Positions 49,239 to 58,973 of a stretch of 64,000 bases of DNA are shown here, piece by piece. The notes beneath the pieces were generated by a model, which was not told the origin of the DNA, did no database searches, and saw only the letters and a list, made by a program, of their open reading frames with translations. The position numbers were made by a program, and so were the translations under genes. The stretch is from a virus (taxonomy: Duplodnaviria > Caudoviricetes): positions 32,001-96,000 of the IMG/VR virus record IMGVR_UViG_3300025267_000006; one strand, 5' to 3'. Every line of letters starts with the position of its first letter. The first letter of the stretch is position 1.

Positions 49239-49468
49239 AGCCCATATGTATTGCAAGCAGCCTCAAGTTTTTGGGGACTGTAGCCAACAATAAACTCATT
49301 TCCTATGCGAACTACTGGTGTTGACCTGTACCCCAAATCTCGCAGACGTGCACCAGCATCCATATCCACAGAAATGTTAAATTCAGTAAAAGAGATTCCC
49401 TTGCCCGAAAGCCACGCTTTCGTCATGTGGCAGGGACCTCAACCCATACTTGTATATATCTCTACCAT
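49235..49468 (-). CDS. nrdH: NrdH/glutaredoxin-like redoxin with in-frame TGA in a UxxC motif (probable selenoprotein, 77 aa)
   Basis: MVEIYTSMG-TGA-GPCHMTKAWL...STPVV.IG...IVGY; start ATG overlaps the upstream TGA. Confidence 0.85.
49395..49438 (-). promoter_or_regulatory. bacterial SECIS-like hairpin immediately 3' of the UGA
   Basis: UCCCU-GCCAC...C-GAAA-G...GUGGC...AGGGA; apical loop begins 17 nt after UGA. Confidence 0.6.
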
Positions 49469-50134
49469 CAACTCTTCTTCTTTCTAGTAGTTGATTTACG
49501 ATTCAATTTTGAACTGGCTTTTTTAGCATTAGCTCTCTTCTTCTTTGGTGGAGCAGCAGGTGGAGGAGTTGGAGTATAATTCTCTGCTGCTTCCCTATCG
49601 GCCTCAGCAGCCGTCTCCAGTGCTATGTTTATTTCATCAGCAGAAGCAACAGATTGGGGCGTAAACTCTACAGTACTGGGCGTAGATGATGTGGAAGTAG
49701 GAACATCAGTATCTGTAGAAATCGTAACAACACCCGCCGAGGTAGCAGTGGTGGTAGCTACAGTAACATCTGAAACCAGATCATCTCCATCAGACGAACA
49801 GACGCATACCCCATCCACACAACACTCACTTACCGGGGGATCTTTCTGAAAAAGTTTAGTTATAGAACTGAGTAATCCCATTGTCTAACCCCTTAAAATA
49901 GATGCTTTAGATCTGCCCTGTTTTTGGATTCCTAAAAAAAGTTTTCCAAGACGTGTACTCTTTTGGCACATCCCACGGTATAGCTCCTAATTCATCTTTA
50001 GACTTATTCCAACCATCTAACCTTTTAGCAATGCAATATCCCGCTGCCGCAACCATAACTACTACTATAGCACTACTAACGGCAACTGAAGCTTTTTTAT
50101 TTCTTAACATATCAATTACAAGCAGAATATCCAC
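49468..50134 (-). CDS. two hypothetical proteins (49468-49881 Thr/Ser-rich with basic tail; 49907-~50110 TM protein)
   Basis: ORFs between nrdJ and nrdH. Confidence 0.55.
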
Positions 50135-52421
50135 ATGAATAGCATTTCATGCAACCTTCTTCCTGCACCATAGAATCGCTATCGCAATCTGGACACTCCA
50201 CCCTATCCTCCGACATAAAAATAGGCTCTACACTCTCTTGGAAACTATGTTGAACATCAGTGCTGCTTTGAACCTTATCAGACACCTGATCAAGTACCCA
50301 AGCAATTGCGTCAGGCGTGGATCGTATCAATCTGCCTTTATGATATACAGGTTTATCTGAATTAATTCCTCTCAACTGCTTAGCTAAATCAGGGGCAGGT
50401 ACACCATGCTGTAACGCCGTAGAGATTACTCTACCCAAAGCCTCTATCTGTGCATTTGTGCTGGCCCCACTCTTCCCTACATTAGCGAATAACTCCACAA
50501 GTCTATTCTCATGGAAACTTAAATTGACGTACATATTTCCATGCCCTGTAGGTACTTTCCAAGTCTGACCATCCAAAACCTCAGGTCTATCAAAATTAAC
50601 CGATACTTGAATAGGCAAAAGCCCATCTGTATCCGACGCACCTATATTAAGCTCTGTAGATACAAGTACCTCTTTCTGTCTAGATCCATTTCGGTAGACA
50701 GTGATGCCCTTACACCCAGAAGACCAAGCTAATCTATACGCCTTGTCTACGTCCTCCTCAGAGGACTCAAAAGGCATATTTATAGTCTTGGAGATCCCAC
50801 TATCAACATGATGCTGCCAAATTGACTGCATTTTTACATGCCATTCAGGAGTAATATCATTAGAAGTGCGAAAATGATTTTTTCTATCATTTGGAACAAA
50901 ATCAATCAATGCCTTACCCGATCCAAGATATTTATCTACATCCAACCCGTCAGGTACATAATCTAATAAATATTTATTTATATAATATAACTCTGTATTT
51001 TCAAGCTGAGAAGACATATTGTGCTTCTTATAGGAAAGAGAAAAATGAGGCTCTATACCTGATGAAGCATCAGCAATCATACTTATGGTTCCAGTAGGGG
51101 CAATGGAAAGCCTCCAGGCATTTCTCATATAATCCCATTTGCCCCCATTCTTCTTATTCAGTGTAGATTCATCAAAAGCGGGGAAATTGCCCTTTAATTT
51201 ACCCAAACGAGAACTTTCCTTGTCAGCAGTATCTTTAAGATTGCTAGCAATCAAATTTCCGAGTTCAAGAGCCTCTTCTGAATCATATGGAATTCCCAAC
51301 TTAGTAAGTAAATCAGCCCACCCCATAACTCCCAGACCTATCTTTCGAGTAAGCTTGTTCATCTCACGAGTCTTATCGGTGGGATGATTATTAGCATCAA
51401 CCACATTATCTAGTAGACGAACACTGAGCTTTACAGTTTCATCGAATCTACTACTATCAAAACCATAAGAACCTCCCTCATTTTCTAAATAGAAATTTCC
51501 TAAATTAATACTCCCTAAGTTGCAAGATTCCCCAGATAAAAGAGGCTGCTCCCCACAAGGATTAGTGGCATTTATTCTGCCAATCTGTGGAGTAGTATTG
51601 TCTTCGTTAATCCTATCTAACCAGACCATGCCCGGTTCTCCATTTTTCCAGGCACCAGAAACAATCTTGTTGAATAAATCACGAGCCTTCATAGATTTTC
51701 CCGGTTGTTTACGATCAGCATCAAGCTGATCCTCATAATATCTATTCTTATCTAGAGGCCAGGTAAAGTTTATATATTGATCATTCTTCACTGCTTCCAT
51801 GAAATTCGAATCAGCCCCAACGGATATGTTGAAATTATCTATACGGCCTTCAACATTCTTACAAGTTATAAACTCTTCTATATCTGGATGGTAAACACTC
51901 ATGATAGCCATATGGGCACCAGCACGTTTACCGCCCTGGGTGATAAGATTGCCTACTTCAGAAAGAACACGAAGAACGGCTATGGGTCCACAAGCAGCCC
52001 CCTGGGTGGTAGTAATTGGTCTACCTTTAGGCCGAATGCCGCTCAAAGCAAACCCAACTCCACCACCAAACTTTTCAATAAAAGCCTGATCCTTGATAGT
52101 AGTAGTGATGCCCTCCATGGAATCATCTATGTCCAAAACATAGCAAGCACTCAAAGTACCTTGGCCTGTACCAGCGTTCATCAACGTAGGGGAGTTCGGC
52201 ACAAAATCCAAACTCCACATTAATTCGAAGAATGACTTCTCTAATTCACGTATCTCCTTGCCTGATACACGATAATTACTCTCTACCTCAGATAGACATT
52301 TTGATACACGTGAAAACATTTTCTCTGGAGACTCCGTCTCCTCACCGTCTTTAAGAAGATATCTTTTCTCCAATACCGAAACCGCATTCTCCGTAAAATT
52401 GCCAGTAGTACCAACAGTCAT
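50112..52421 (-). CDS. nrdJ: class II (adenosylcobalamin-dependent) ribonucleotide reductase with C-terminal TSCPD-like and Zn-ribbon region
   Basis: PNSPTLMNAG, SAC, TNPCGEQPL, CNLGS, APTGTIS, KGITVYR, C-terminal CPDC..EGC.KC.SCGYS.C. Confidence 0.92.
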   Translation of the reverse strand: MTVGTTGNFTENAVSVLEKRYLLKDGEETESPEKMFSRVSKCLSEVESNYRVSGKEIRELEKSFFELMWSLDFVPNSPTLMNAGTGQGTLSACYVLDIDDSMEGITTTIKDQAFIEKFGGGVGFALSGIRPKGRPITTTQGAACGPIAVLRVLSEVGNLITQGGKRAGAHMAIMSVYHPDIEEFITCKNVEGRIDNFNISVGADSNFMEAVKNDQYINFTWPLDKNRYYEDQLDADRKQPGKSMKARDLFNKIVSGAWKNGEPGMVWLDRINEDNTTPQIGRINATNPCGEQPLLSGESCNLGSINLGNFYLENEGGSYGFDSSRFDETVKLSVRLLDNVVDANNHPTDKTREMNKLTRKIGLGVMGWADLLTKLGIPYDSEEALELGNLIASNLKDTADKESSRLGKLKGNFPAFDESTLNKKNGGKWDYMRNAWRLSIAPTGTISMIADASSGIEPHFSLSYKKHNMSSQLENTELYYINKYLLDYVPDGLDVDKYLGSGKALIDFVPNDRKNHFRTSNDITPEWHVKMQSIWQHHVDSGISKTINMPFESSEEDVDKAYRLAWSSGCKGITVYRNGSRQKEVLVSTELNIGASDTDGLLPIQVSVNFDRPEVLDGQTWKVPTGHGNMYVNLSFHENRLVELFANVGKSGASTNAQIEALGRVISTALQHGVPAPDLAKQLRGINSDKPVYHKGRLIRSTPDAIAWVLDQVSDKVQSSTDVQHSFQESVEPIFMSEDRVECPDCDSDSMVQEEGCMKCYSCGYSACN

Positions 52422-52442
52422 TTCACCCTCTCCTTTAAAATT

Positions 52443-52913
52443 TTACCCTATCGAGTTAAAACGCAATTGGCCCCACTTAGCAATCATAAGAGCATCAATA
52501 GAATCTTGAGAATACTTTCCAATGCTCTTACCAAAAATCTGCAACGCCATCATTTTAATCTTGTCTTTATCTGCCCTACCATCTCCCACGACATCCTTTT
52601 TCCACGTGCTCACATTAACCGGGAAACAATCTATGTCGTGATGAAAGAAAACAACACGACACATAGCCAAAACATGGACTAACTTAATCAAACCTTTTCT
52701 ATTCTGAACCATCGGTATATCTTCAACACACACGAAGTCATCCGAGGTTATTTCCTTCTCTACGTAAGAGAAGAACTCTTTATATAATTGAGCTAGTCTT
52801 GTTTCCCAAGACCGTGATCGTGCTCGGAATTCTATCACATCAAAATCACTATCGACTAGACGTGCAACGGCTATTTTTGAGGTGGAAATATCTATACCGT
52901 AAACTCTCTTCAT
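52443..52913 (-). CDS. ruvC: RuvC-like Holliday junction resolvase
   Basis: YGID, VED, WKK.V.GDGRADK, D.IDA..IA. Confidence 0.8.
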   Translation of the reverse strand: MKRVYGIDISTSKIAVARLVDSDFDVIEFRARSRSWETRLAQLYKEFFSYVEKEITSDDFVCVEDIPMVQNRKGLIKLVHVLAMCRVVFFHHDIDCFPVNVSTWKKDVVGDGRADKDKIKMMALQIFGKSIGKYSQDSIDALMIAKWGQLRFNSIG

Positions 52914-53386
52914 GCCCTTTGACGTTCCTGCCCACGACGAGTAATGACCCTAGAAATAGCTTCAAATTGAACATCATACAAGCTCAAACGACCCTTTAAA
53001 ACCTTTAATTCGGCCTTGAGAACCATTATCTTTTTACTCAAATTCAATAAGTCTGAATTCTCATTGAGTATAGTTCCTCGTAAGGATTCTTTAAGAAGTC
53101 GTTTAGTAGCTACAGCCTCAAGATCAGCAGACTTAGAAGACATCATCAAATCAAATCCCTCCCCCAATAAACTGACCTCACCGTCCCTCTGAGCAATTTG
53201 ATTGATGACATATCCACGCCAAGCTCCAAAAAACATCAACCATGAATCAAGTTGTTCATCACTCAAATTATCGGCATTATTAGGGAACTCATACGAATCC
53301 CCGTCTAGGGGAATACTAGGTTCTGGAAAATTCTCCAGCCCCTGTCCTATTTCCTTTGCCTTTACCTGCAAAGTATCCAGATTCAT
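52910..53386 (-). CDS. helical hypothetical protein (possibly a UvsY-like recombination mediator)
   Basis: coiled-coil protein within the recombination operon; function inferred from context only. Confidence 0.45.
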   Translation of the reverse strand: MNLDTLQVKAKEIGQGLENFPEPSIPLDGDSYEFPNNADNLSDEQLDSWLMFFGAWRGYVINQIAQRDGEVSLLGEGFDLMMSSKSADLEAVATKRLLKESLRGTILNENSDLLNLSKKIMVLKAELKVLKGRLSLYDVQFEAISRVITRRGQERQRA

Positions 53387-54070
53387 CTACTTCCCCTTTA
53401 TAAAAAAATCTCTTTCACATGTAGTTTTAAAATTGCACCAATCGTGATTTTCCTTGGGCTGGTAAGGTACTATTTCACCACGACTCACATAGTCTCGTAT
53501 TTTCCTCAACTTCTTAAACACCTTACTTATGATTTGATCGTTCCTTTGAGTCTCATAGATATTATATTCCTGAGTATTTTTATTGATGTAGAAAATGATC
53601 CCCTTAACAACTTTAGTCATGGCAGAATACAGATTCCACTGAAGAATATGTTCTGCACGAGGTAAGTAATTCACCGCTCTTTTATTATCCGATCTACTCT
53701 TTATCTCCAACAGAAAATCTTCATCAGTCTCAGGATTTTTTATAATCCCATCATAGTGACCAACGATCTTAGGATCATCCCAGGTGACCTCTTCCTCCAT
53801 ACTCACAAGTACTCCAGCTTTTTTTAGCTTCTCCTGGAGGAACTCATGATAAACAGTTCCAACTCCCATACGTCTCAGAGAATTGGCCTCAATAGGATCT
53901 TGTTCATACCCCATAGAGTGATACCAAATAGCTCTGGGACACCAATGGGCATTCGACGGAGTAAAATAATCTCTCTTCTTCGGCTCTCTTTGAGTTGTCT
54001 GATCATACTCATCAAAAGTTCGCTCTAACCAATGTTTTTGAAAATTTGAAACACTATCTATTAAAGGCAT
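53387..54070 (-). CDS. Cas4-like PD-(D/E)xK exonuclease
   Basis: CPR, GT.YHE, GHYDG, EIKS, QWNLY, WCNF...C. Confidence 0.8.
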   Translation of the reverse strand: MPLIDSVSNFQKHWLERTFDEYDQTTQREPKKRDYFTPSNAHWCPRAIWYHSMGYEQDPIEANSLRRMGVGTVYHEFLQEKLKKAGVLVSMEEEVTWDDPKIVGHYDGIIKNPETDEDFLLEIKSRSDNKRAVNYLPRAEHILQWNLYSAMTKVVKGIIFYINKNTQEYNIYETQRNDQIISKVFKKLRKIRDYVSRGEIVPYQPKENHDWCNFKTTCERDFFIKGK

Positions 54071-54388
54071 TTAGCTATCCAACTCCTCTACTCTAATCAT
54101 TAGTCTAGATAAAAATTTATCTTTATACCCCGCCCCCATCTTTTTGATGGGGATTCTCCAGATATCAACACCATGTGCCTGTTTTAGATATTCATCCCGT
54201 TTTAAATCACGTTTCTTCAGGTGATAAGGACCATCCACTTCTATCCCTAGATTTAAATCTGGAATAAATATGTCCACAGAATAAGCACCAAACGGCTGCT
54301 CAATGACTGTTCCTATACCAAGCTCTTCTATCCACTTATTTATGAGTAGCTGATGCTTAGTATCAGTCTTAAAAGCATCATCTCTCAC
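54071..54388 (-). CDS. DUF559/Vsr-like endonuclease
   Basis: YSVDIF.P...IEVDGPYH...D.KRD.YL. Confidence 0.75.
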   Translation of the reverse strand: MRDDAFKTDTKHQLLINKWIEELGIGTVIEQPFGAYSVDIFIPDLNLGIEVDGPYHLKKRDLKRDEYLKQAHGVDIWRIPIKKMGAGYKDKFLSRLMIRVEELDS

Positions 54389-54854
54389 TGTTAGGTATAC
54401 GTTTCATAGTTGGATTATTACGATTGAAAGTACTAGGAGGTTCCCTGCCCTCGGATCGCTCAGTTATAGTCTGCTCCCGCATAGACCTATCTAGAGCTAA
54501 ATCAACTTGATCGGGATCCTGTATCTGGGAAAGCAAAGAACCTGGGTTCTCTGGCAATTCCTCAGCCCCCATAGGGACTGCATTGGAAGTATCGACTGGA
54601 GCTACCTCAGAGACTTTTGATGCCTTCTTCCTACGCTTCTTCTTGGCTGGCTTCCTAAGACCCTCACTAGCTTCCGATGCAAGATCAGCAAAAGCCTCCC
54701 GTGTCATGTCTCTCAATCTATCGGCATACTTCTCGGCTAATTCCCAGGCTAGTTCTGAATCCTGTAATGCGATACCCTCCATGAAAGAGGTATAGGATCC
54801 CACCATGGTCTGAATATCCTCAGCTAAACTCGCAACATCCCTCTCAGTAGTCAT
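54378..54854 (-). CDS. hypothetical protein
   Basis: coupled ORF, AGGAG RBS. Confidence 0.6.
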   Translation of the reverse strand: MTTERDVASLAEDIQTMVGSYTSFMEGIALQDSELAWELAEKYADRLRDMTREAFADLASEASEGLRKPAKKKRRKKASKVSEVAPVDTSNAVPMGAEELPENPGSLLSQIQDPDQVDLALDRSMREQTITERSEGREPPSTFNRNNPTMKRIPNSER

Positions 54855-55807
54855 ACCTTACTCCTTACCAGTGTTTTAATTTCTTCATACAAATCTTTGT
54901 TATCTTTCATAGAGGAAACAAAGTTATCCTTACCTATAGCCTTAATCCCATTAAAAGTATACGTGGCCCCTCTACGCTCTATAACCCCCAAATCAAGAGC
55001 CGTAGAGAATAACTCGTATGTGGGATTTTGTTGACCATCATAATAAAAAGGAACCAAACATTCCTGCAGGGGCTTAAAAGTTTTATTCTTGGGAGTTCTC
55101 ATCTTAATGTAGAATCCCCTGTCTCCTATAGACTCACCCTTCGCCATACGTACCATAATTCTACTAAAGAACTCTTGCCCTTTGCCCCCCGGCAATGATT
55201 CTTTAGTTATGTATCCTCCCAATCCCGCCCTAATCTGATTGATCATGATTACGGCAGTGCCTGGAGTTGTAGCACTCATAGCTATAGGAAGTTTTCGAAA
55301 TATCTTATTCATCAAACGTGCATGAAGACCCATCTGCATATCTTCCATACTCCCCTCAGCCTCAGCCGTAGGGAGAAGAGCAGCGATGGAATCTAAAACT
55401 ACCAAATCCAATCCACTCTCACAAAGAGCCAGCAAGATATCTAAAGCAGATTCTCCTGTGTGAGGTCTGGAAACAATTAATTCTTCGGTTTTTAGACCTA
55501 TTGTCTCAGCCCATATAGGCTCAAAAGCCCATTCTGCATCAACAAAACCACACCGAAGCCCCTGAGACTGTGCATAGGCCATTATTCGTTGAGCTATGTA
55601 TGTCTTGCCACTACCATGATACCCAAAAAATTCAGTTACCGATTGTCGAGGAATTCCCCCACCCAACATTTGATCAAAGGGAGGGATACCAGTCTCTATA
55701 CGCTTAATCTCTAGGGATTCAGAGTCCCCTATAGATATATTTGTCTTCAGCTTTTTATTGATTACTTTAACTATATCCTGAATACCTGTTTTATTCTTAG
55801 TTGTCAT
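54851..55807 (-). CDS. recA: RecA-family recombinase
   Basis: GGGIP, GYHGSGKT, FVDAE, VVLDSIAAL, INQIR, PGG, KNK. Confidence 0.93.
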   Translation of the reverse strand: MTTKNKTGIQDIVKVINKKLKTNISIGDSESLEIKRIETGIPPFDQMLGGGIPRQSVTEFFGYHGSGKTYIAQRIMAYAQSQGLRCGFVDAEWAFEPIWAETIGLKTEELIVSRPHTGESALDILLALCESGLDLVVLDSIAALLPTAEAEGSMEDMQMGLHARLMNKIFRKLPIAMSATTPGTAVIMINQIRAGLGGYITKESLPGGKGQEFFSRIMVRMAKGESIGDRGFYIKMRTPKNKTFKPLQECLVPFYYDGQQNPTYELFSTALDLGVIERRGATYTFNGIKAIGKDNFVSSMKDNKDLYEEIKTLVRSKV

Positions 55808-57575
55808 ATAAATCTCCCCAGCTTTTCTTGGAAGTCTGAACGTCTACTGTTATAGGCATCGAAAAACTATAATCCTGCATTATCTCTCGAAGAGGCTCCA
55901 CATGCTTGATATCCATCCCATCATATAAAATTTGATCGTGGATAGTGTTCCGTATAGACCCACCAACACTCTTCACGTAAAGCCAAGCCTTATAGAGGCT
56001 CAACTTCATCATATCTCCCCCAGTCCCCTGGATGACATAATTCGGAGCAGCGTGGAATCTGTCGGTCACTGAAATCCTACGACCAAATAATGTGTGGACA
56101 TACCCATTCTTTTCGGCAGATGCCTTTTGCTCATCAAAATATGATCTTATACTCGGATAACTATCCCAATAAACATTCAAATACCTTTTGGCTGAACTCA
56201 TTGGTATTTCCGCAAGATCGGCTAAACCCTTCGTTCCAATGCCATAAATAACCCCAAAATTAATGGCCTTGGCTACTTTCCTCTCATTGCTATCTTTGTC
56301 TATCTGGTCTATGGGCTTGTTCAGTATCTGAGCCGCAGTATAAGAATGCATATCATGTCCAGCAACAAAAGCATCAATCATACTGCCTTGCTTGGAAACA
56401 TGGGCCATCAATTTCAATTCAATCTGGCTGAAGTCCATGTCTATAAACAATTCATCTGGAATGAATATTCTACGAATCTTGGGATCCTTAGGAACCTGCA
56501 TAAGATTTGGATTAGATCCAGAAAATCGCCCCGTAATAGTGCCGCATGCATTCCATCGAGCATGGATTCTACCGTTATGGACAAGCCTAAGATAAGAACG
56601 TAAATAAGTATTATTTACCTTTTCAAGCTCTCTCCATTTCAACAAATACTGAGCTACCACGGACCCCTCAGTATGCCTGATAGCCTTTAAAGCCTTCTCA
56701 CCTGTAGACCAATTCCCTTTTTCTGTGATAAAGACACTTTTATTATTCTTTTTATCGATTGATTTACCTATATTCAAACGATCATAGAAATAATTCCCTA
56801 GCTGCTTGCTAGACCCTATATCTATAGGTTTTCCAATTACCTTATATATTTGATCGGTCAGACCTCTCTGACGGTCTACAACCCGTTGTTGTAGCTCCTG
56901 TATGTACTCCTGGTCAATCAGGATACCCTCTCGTTCCATATCCATTACCACAGGGATCAACTTCATTTCCAGATCAAATAATCTTCCAGCTTGTTTCTTC
57001 ACTACAGGTACATATTTATAGGCAAGAGCTTTCGTTAAAACAGTGTCATTCGCTGCATATGGATCCATCACCTCCGCAGGAACATGCTCATAACTCTTTA
57101 ATTTGTACTGCTTCAAATACTCAGATACCAAATCTTCGTGATATGTAGCTGCAATGCCGTAGTTCTCCTCTCCCCACGTCTTCAAGGCATTGCTGGTAGA
57201 AGAGTTGAGCAAATGGGAAACACGTAGCGTATCAATAACATTCTTGGAGGGAGCAACACCGTAAGTTTCCCGTATCATATGCAAATCGAATTCTGCATTG
57301 TGATAGACGAAAGTCTTGCCATCACAGGCAAAAAGATCCCTGAGGAGAATGCCTATCTTCTCTACGCCAAACGTAGAGTTTCTAATAAAGGTAGATCGGT
57401 CATCCCAGGCAAATGCTACCCCGAACGCCCTGTCTACTGTCCAATTTAATCCCGAAGTCTCAGTGTCCACCGCCACATAATCATCATGGCTGTTTAAAAT
57501 CTCAGTCTTTAAAAGATCAAGATTCTCAACTTGATAGGGCTTGGACGAGACAATAGGATTCTTGTCTTTCGTCAT
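55797..57575 (-). CDS. polA: family A DNA polymerase (3'-5' exonuclease + polymerase)
   Basis: DTET, HNAEFD, YAAND, TGRFS..NPNL, DFSQIEL, AKAINFGVIYG, NYVIQG, IHD. Confidence 0.93.
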   Translation of the reverse strand: MTKDKNPIVSSKPYQVENLDLLKTEILNSHDDYVAVDTETSGLNWTVDRAFGVAFAWDDRSTFIRNSTFGVEKIGILLRDLFACDGKTFVYHNAEFDLHMIRETYGVAPSKNVIDTLRVSHLLNSSTSNALKTWGEENYGIAATYHEDLVSEYLKQYKLKSYEHVPAEVMDPYAANDTVLTKALAYKYVPVVKKQAGRLFDLEMKLIPVVMDMEREGILIDQEYIQELQQRVVDRQRGLTDQIYKVIGKPIDIGSSKQLGNYFYDRLNIGKSIDKKNNKSVFITEKGNWSTGEKALKAIRHTEGSVVAQYLLKWRELEKVNNTYLRSYLRLVHNGRIHARWNACGTITGRFSGSNPNLMQVPKDPKIRRIFIPDELFIDMDFSQIELKLMAHVSKQGSMIDAFVAGHDMHSYTAAQILNKPIDQIDKDSNERKVAKAINFGVIYGIGTKGLADLAEIPMSSAKRYLNVYWDSYPSIRSYFDEQKASAEKNGYVHTLFGRRISVTDRFHAAPNYVIQGTGGDMMKLSLYKAWLYVKSVGGSIRNTIHDQILYDGMDIKHVEPLREIMQDYSFSMPITVDVQTSKKSWGDLYDN

Positions 57576-58605
57576 TGTCAATCCTGTATGCTTTCATTCG
57601 TTCATTGGCGTTGCTAATAATTACATCATCTCCATCCACCGCAGCTACACACGCACCAAAAAACTCGGCATTGAAGTTCATGTCGTCAAATTCCTTGAAA
57701 ATCTCCACATTGTTCAGCACCAAATCAGTCTCAATCTGAGACTTAGTAGCATACAGTTCCAAACTACTATTCACCTGACTAAATCTGACCTGCTTCATAT
57801 CTGATGTAATATTGACAAGCTGAAGCATGTTCTGAAGCTCTTTCTTATTGGCCTTAAAAAGTTTATCAGACGATTCATCTATCAATCTGGACATATCTGG
57901 ATATTTCCCACTGTAAGGGGGAGAAACTACGACTCTCTCACTCCCCACCTCGGACAAAACTAATATTCCCCTCTCCGTAAGACCTATAGATATCTCTTTA
58001 GACCTAGAAAATATCTTGGTCATGAGGAGTCCACACTCCCTAGGGAGCAAAAAGGACTCAAACGTTTGAGCATCATCATACTCAAGGTCTGATATATACA
58101 ATTTCATCGCATCGCTCGCAGTTATCCTCAACAATCCAGAGGATAAAGGAGAAACGTAATAACAGGTAAGAGCCGGAGCATGCTCAGTTCTAGCCAAGAA
58201 ATTCAGACCCTGGCTAAGAGAGTGTATAAAATCGTTCCCAACCACAATCTGACTTACAGTGTCGGGAGGAGGATCAACTCCAGTTTCCACGCTCTCAAGA
58301 AACGGTAATCGTACTCTCGATTTACCGAAGGAAATATTTAATTTCTTATCCTTGACAGACATCGAAATAACACTACTGGTACAGGCATTCACAATCTTAG
58401 TGAGCTTGTCACATTCAACTGTGAAAAACATAGGCTCCGACTCTTCCACAGGTATGGCATCCCATACTCGGACGAATCCGGGTTGCCAAAGCCGTAAAAT
58501 TCCATCAGAAACCTGGCCCACCAATGCCTCATTTTTTTGCTTTTTGGAATTGGTGTTGATGTAGCTCAGGCTACTATGTAAAAGAGTTCTATCTATTTTT
58601 ACCAA
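57526..58605 (-). CDS. DNA sliding clamp (beta-clamp-like)
   Basis: 359 aa; ITASDAMKL, GKYPDMSRLI, FNAEFF equivalents of DnaN motifs; adjacent to polA. Confidence 0.65.
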   Translation of the reverse strand: MVKIDRTLLHSSLSYINTNSKKQKNEALVGQVSDGILRLWQPGFVRVWDAIPVEESEPMFFTVECDKLTKIVNACTSSVISMSVKDKKLNISFGKSRVRLPFLESVETGVDPPPDTVSQIVVGNDFIHSLSQGLNFLARTEHAPALTCYYVSPLSSGLLRITASDAMKLYISDLEYDDAQTFESFLLPRECGLLMTKIFSRSKEISIGLTERGILVLSEVGSERVVVSPPYSGKYPDMSRLIDESSDKLFKANKKELQNMLQLVNITSDMKQVRFSQVNSSLELYATKSQIETDLVLNNVEIFKEFDDMNFNAEFFGACVAAVDGDDVIISNANERMKAYRIDNDERQESYCLVQALSS

Positions 58606-58949
58606 TCTGTATCCTTATCACTGTCAGATACGCTCATGACTGCTCCATCACCAGCAGCAAGTCGAGTCTTCAACTCGCTCACATCTGCTTCAAATTCGGC
58701 TATACGTCGATGAATCTCTGTCAAGGCCGAAGGCTTCTCAGCCAATTCAGAAGAATCCACAATCGTATCCATGTTCTCTTCAATAGCTGCCCACACCTCC
58801 TTGATAGCAGCCAAACTCCTCTCAATCTGAGGAGCGATATCCGTCTCAGTTTCAATATCTGAGATAGTTATCTCCGGGCGGAAGAAGTTGTAACCCCCGC
58901 CGCTGTTCATCTTTAGCGTCAAACCTAACGTCACACTCACTTTAGACAT
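58599..58949 (-). CDS. hypothetical protein
   Basis: GAGG RBS; within the replication operon. Confidence 0.6.
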   Translation of the reverse strand: MSKVSVTLGLTLKMNSGGGYNFFRPEITISDIETETDIAPQIERSLAAIKEVWAAIEENMDTIVDSSELAEKPSALTEIHRRIAEFEADVSELKTRLAAGDGAVMSVSDSDKDTDW

Positions 58950-58973
58950 AGTATTTTTACCTCATTTCCCTTT

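Noticed and set aside
49439-49441. Genome-wide TGA reassignment (code 4 or 25) as the explanation for the in-frame TGA
   Set aside because: Many genes here end in TGA with ATGA/TGATG coupling, including this redoxin, and long genes are intact in code 11; the TGA falls precisely on a catalytic Cys position
53387-54070. Cas4-like gene as part of a CRISPR-Cas system
   Set aside because: No cas1/cas2 or repeat-spacer array seen; it lies in a recA/ruvC operon typical of phage exonucleases
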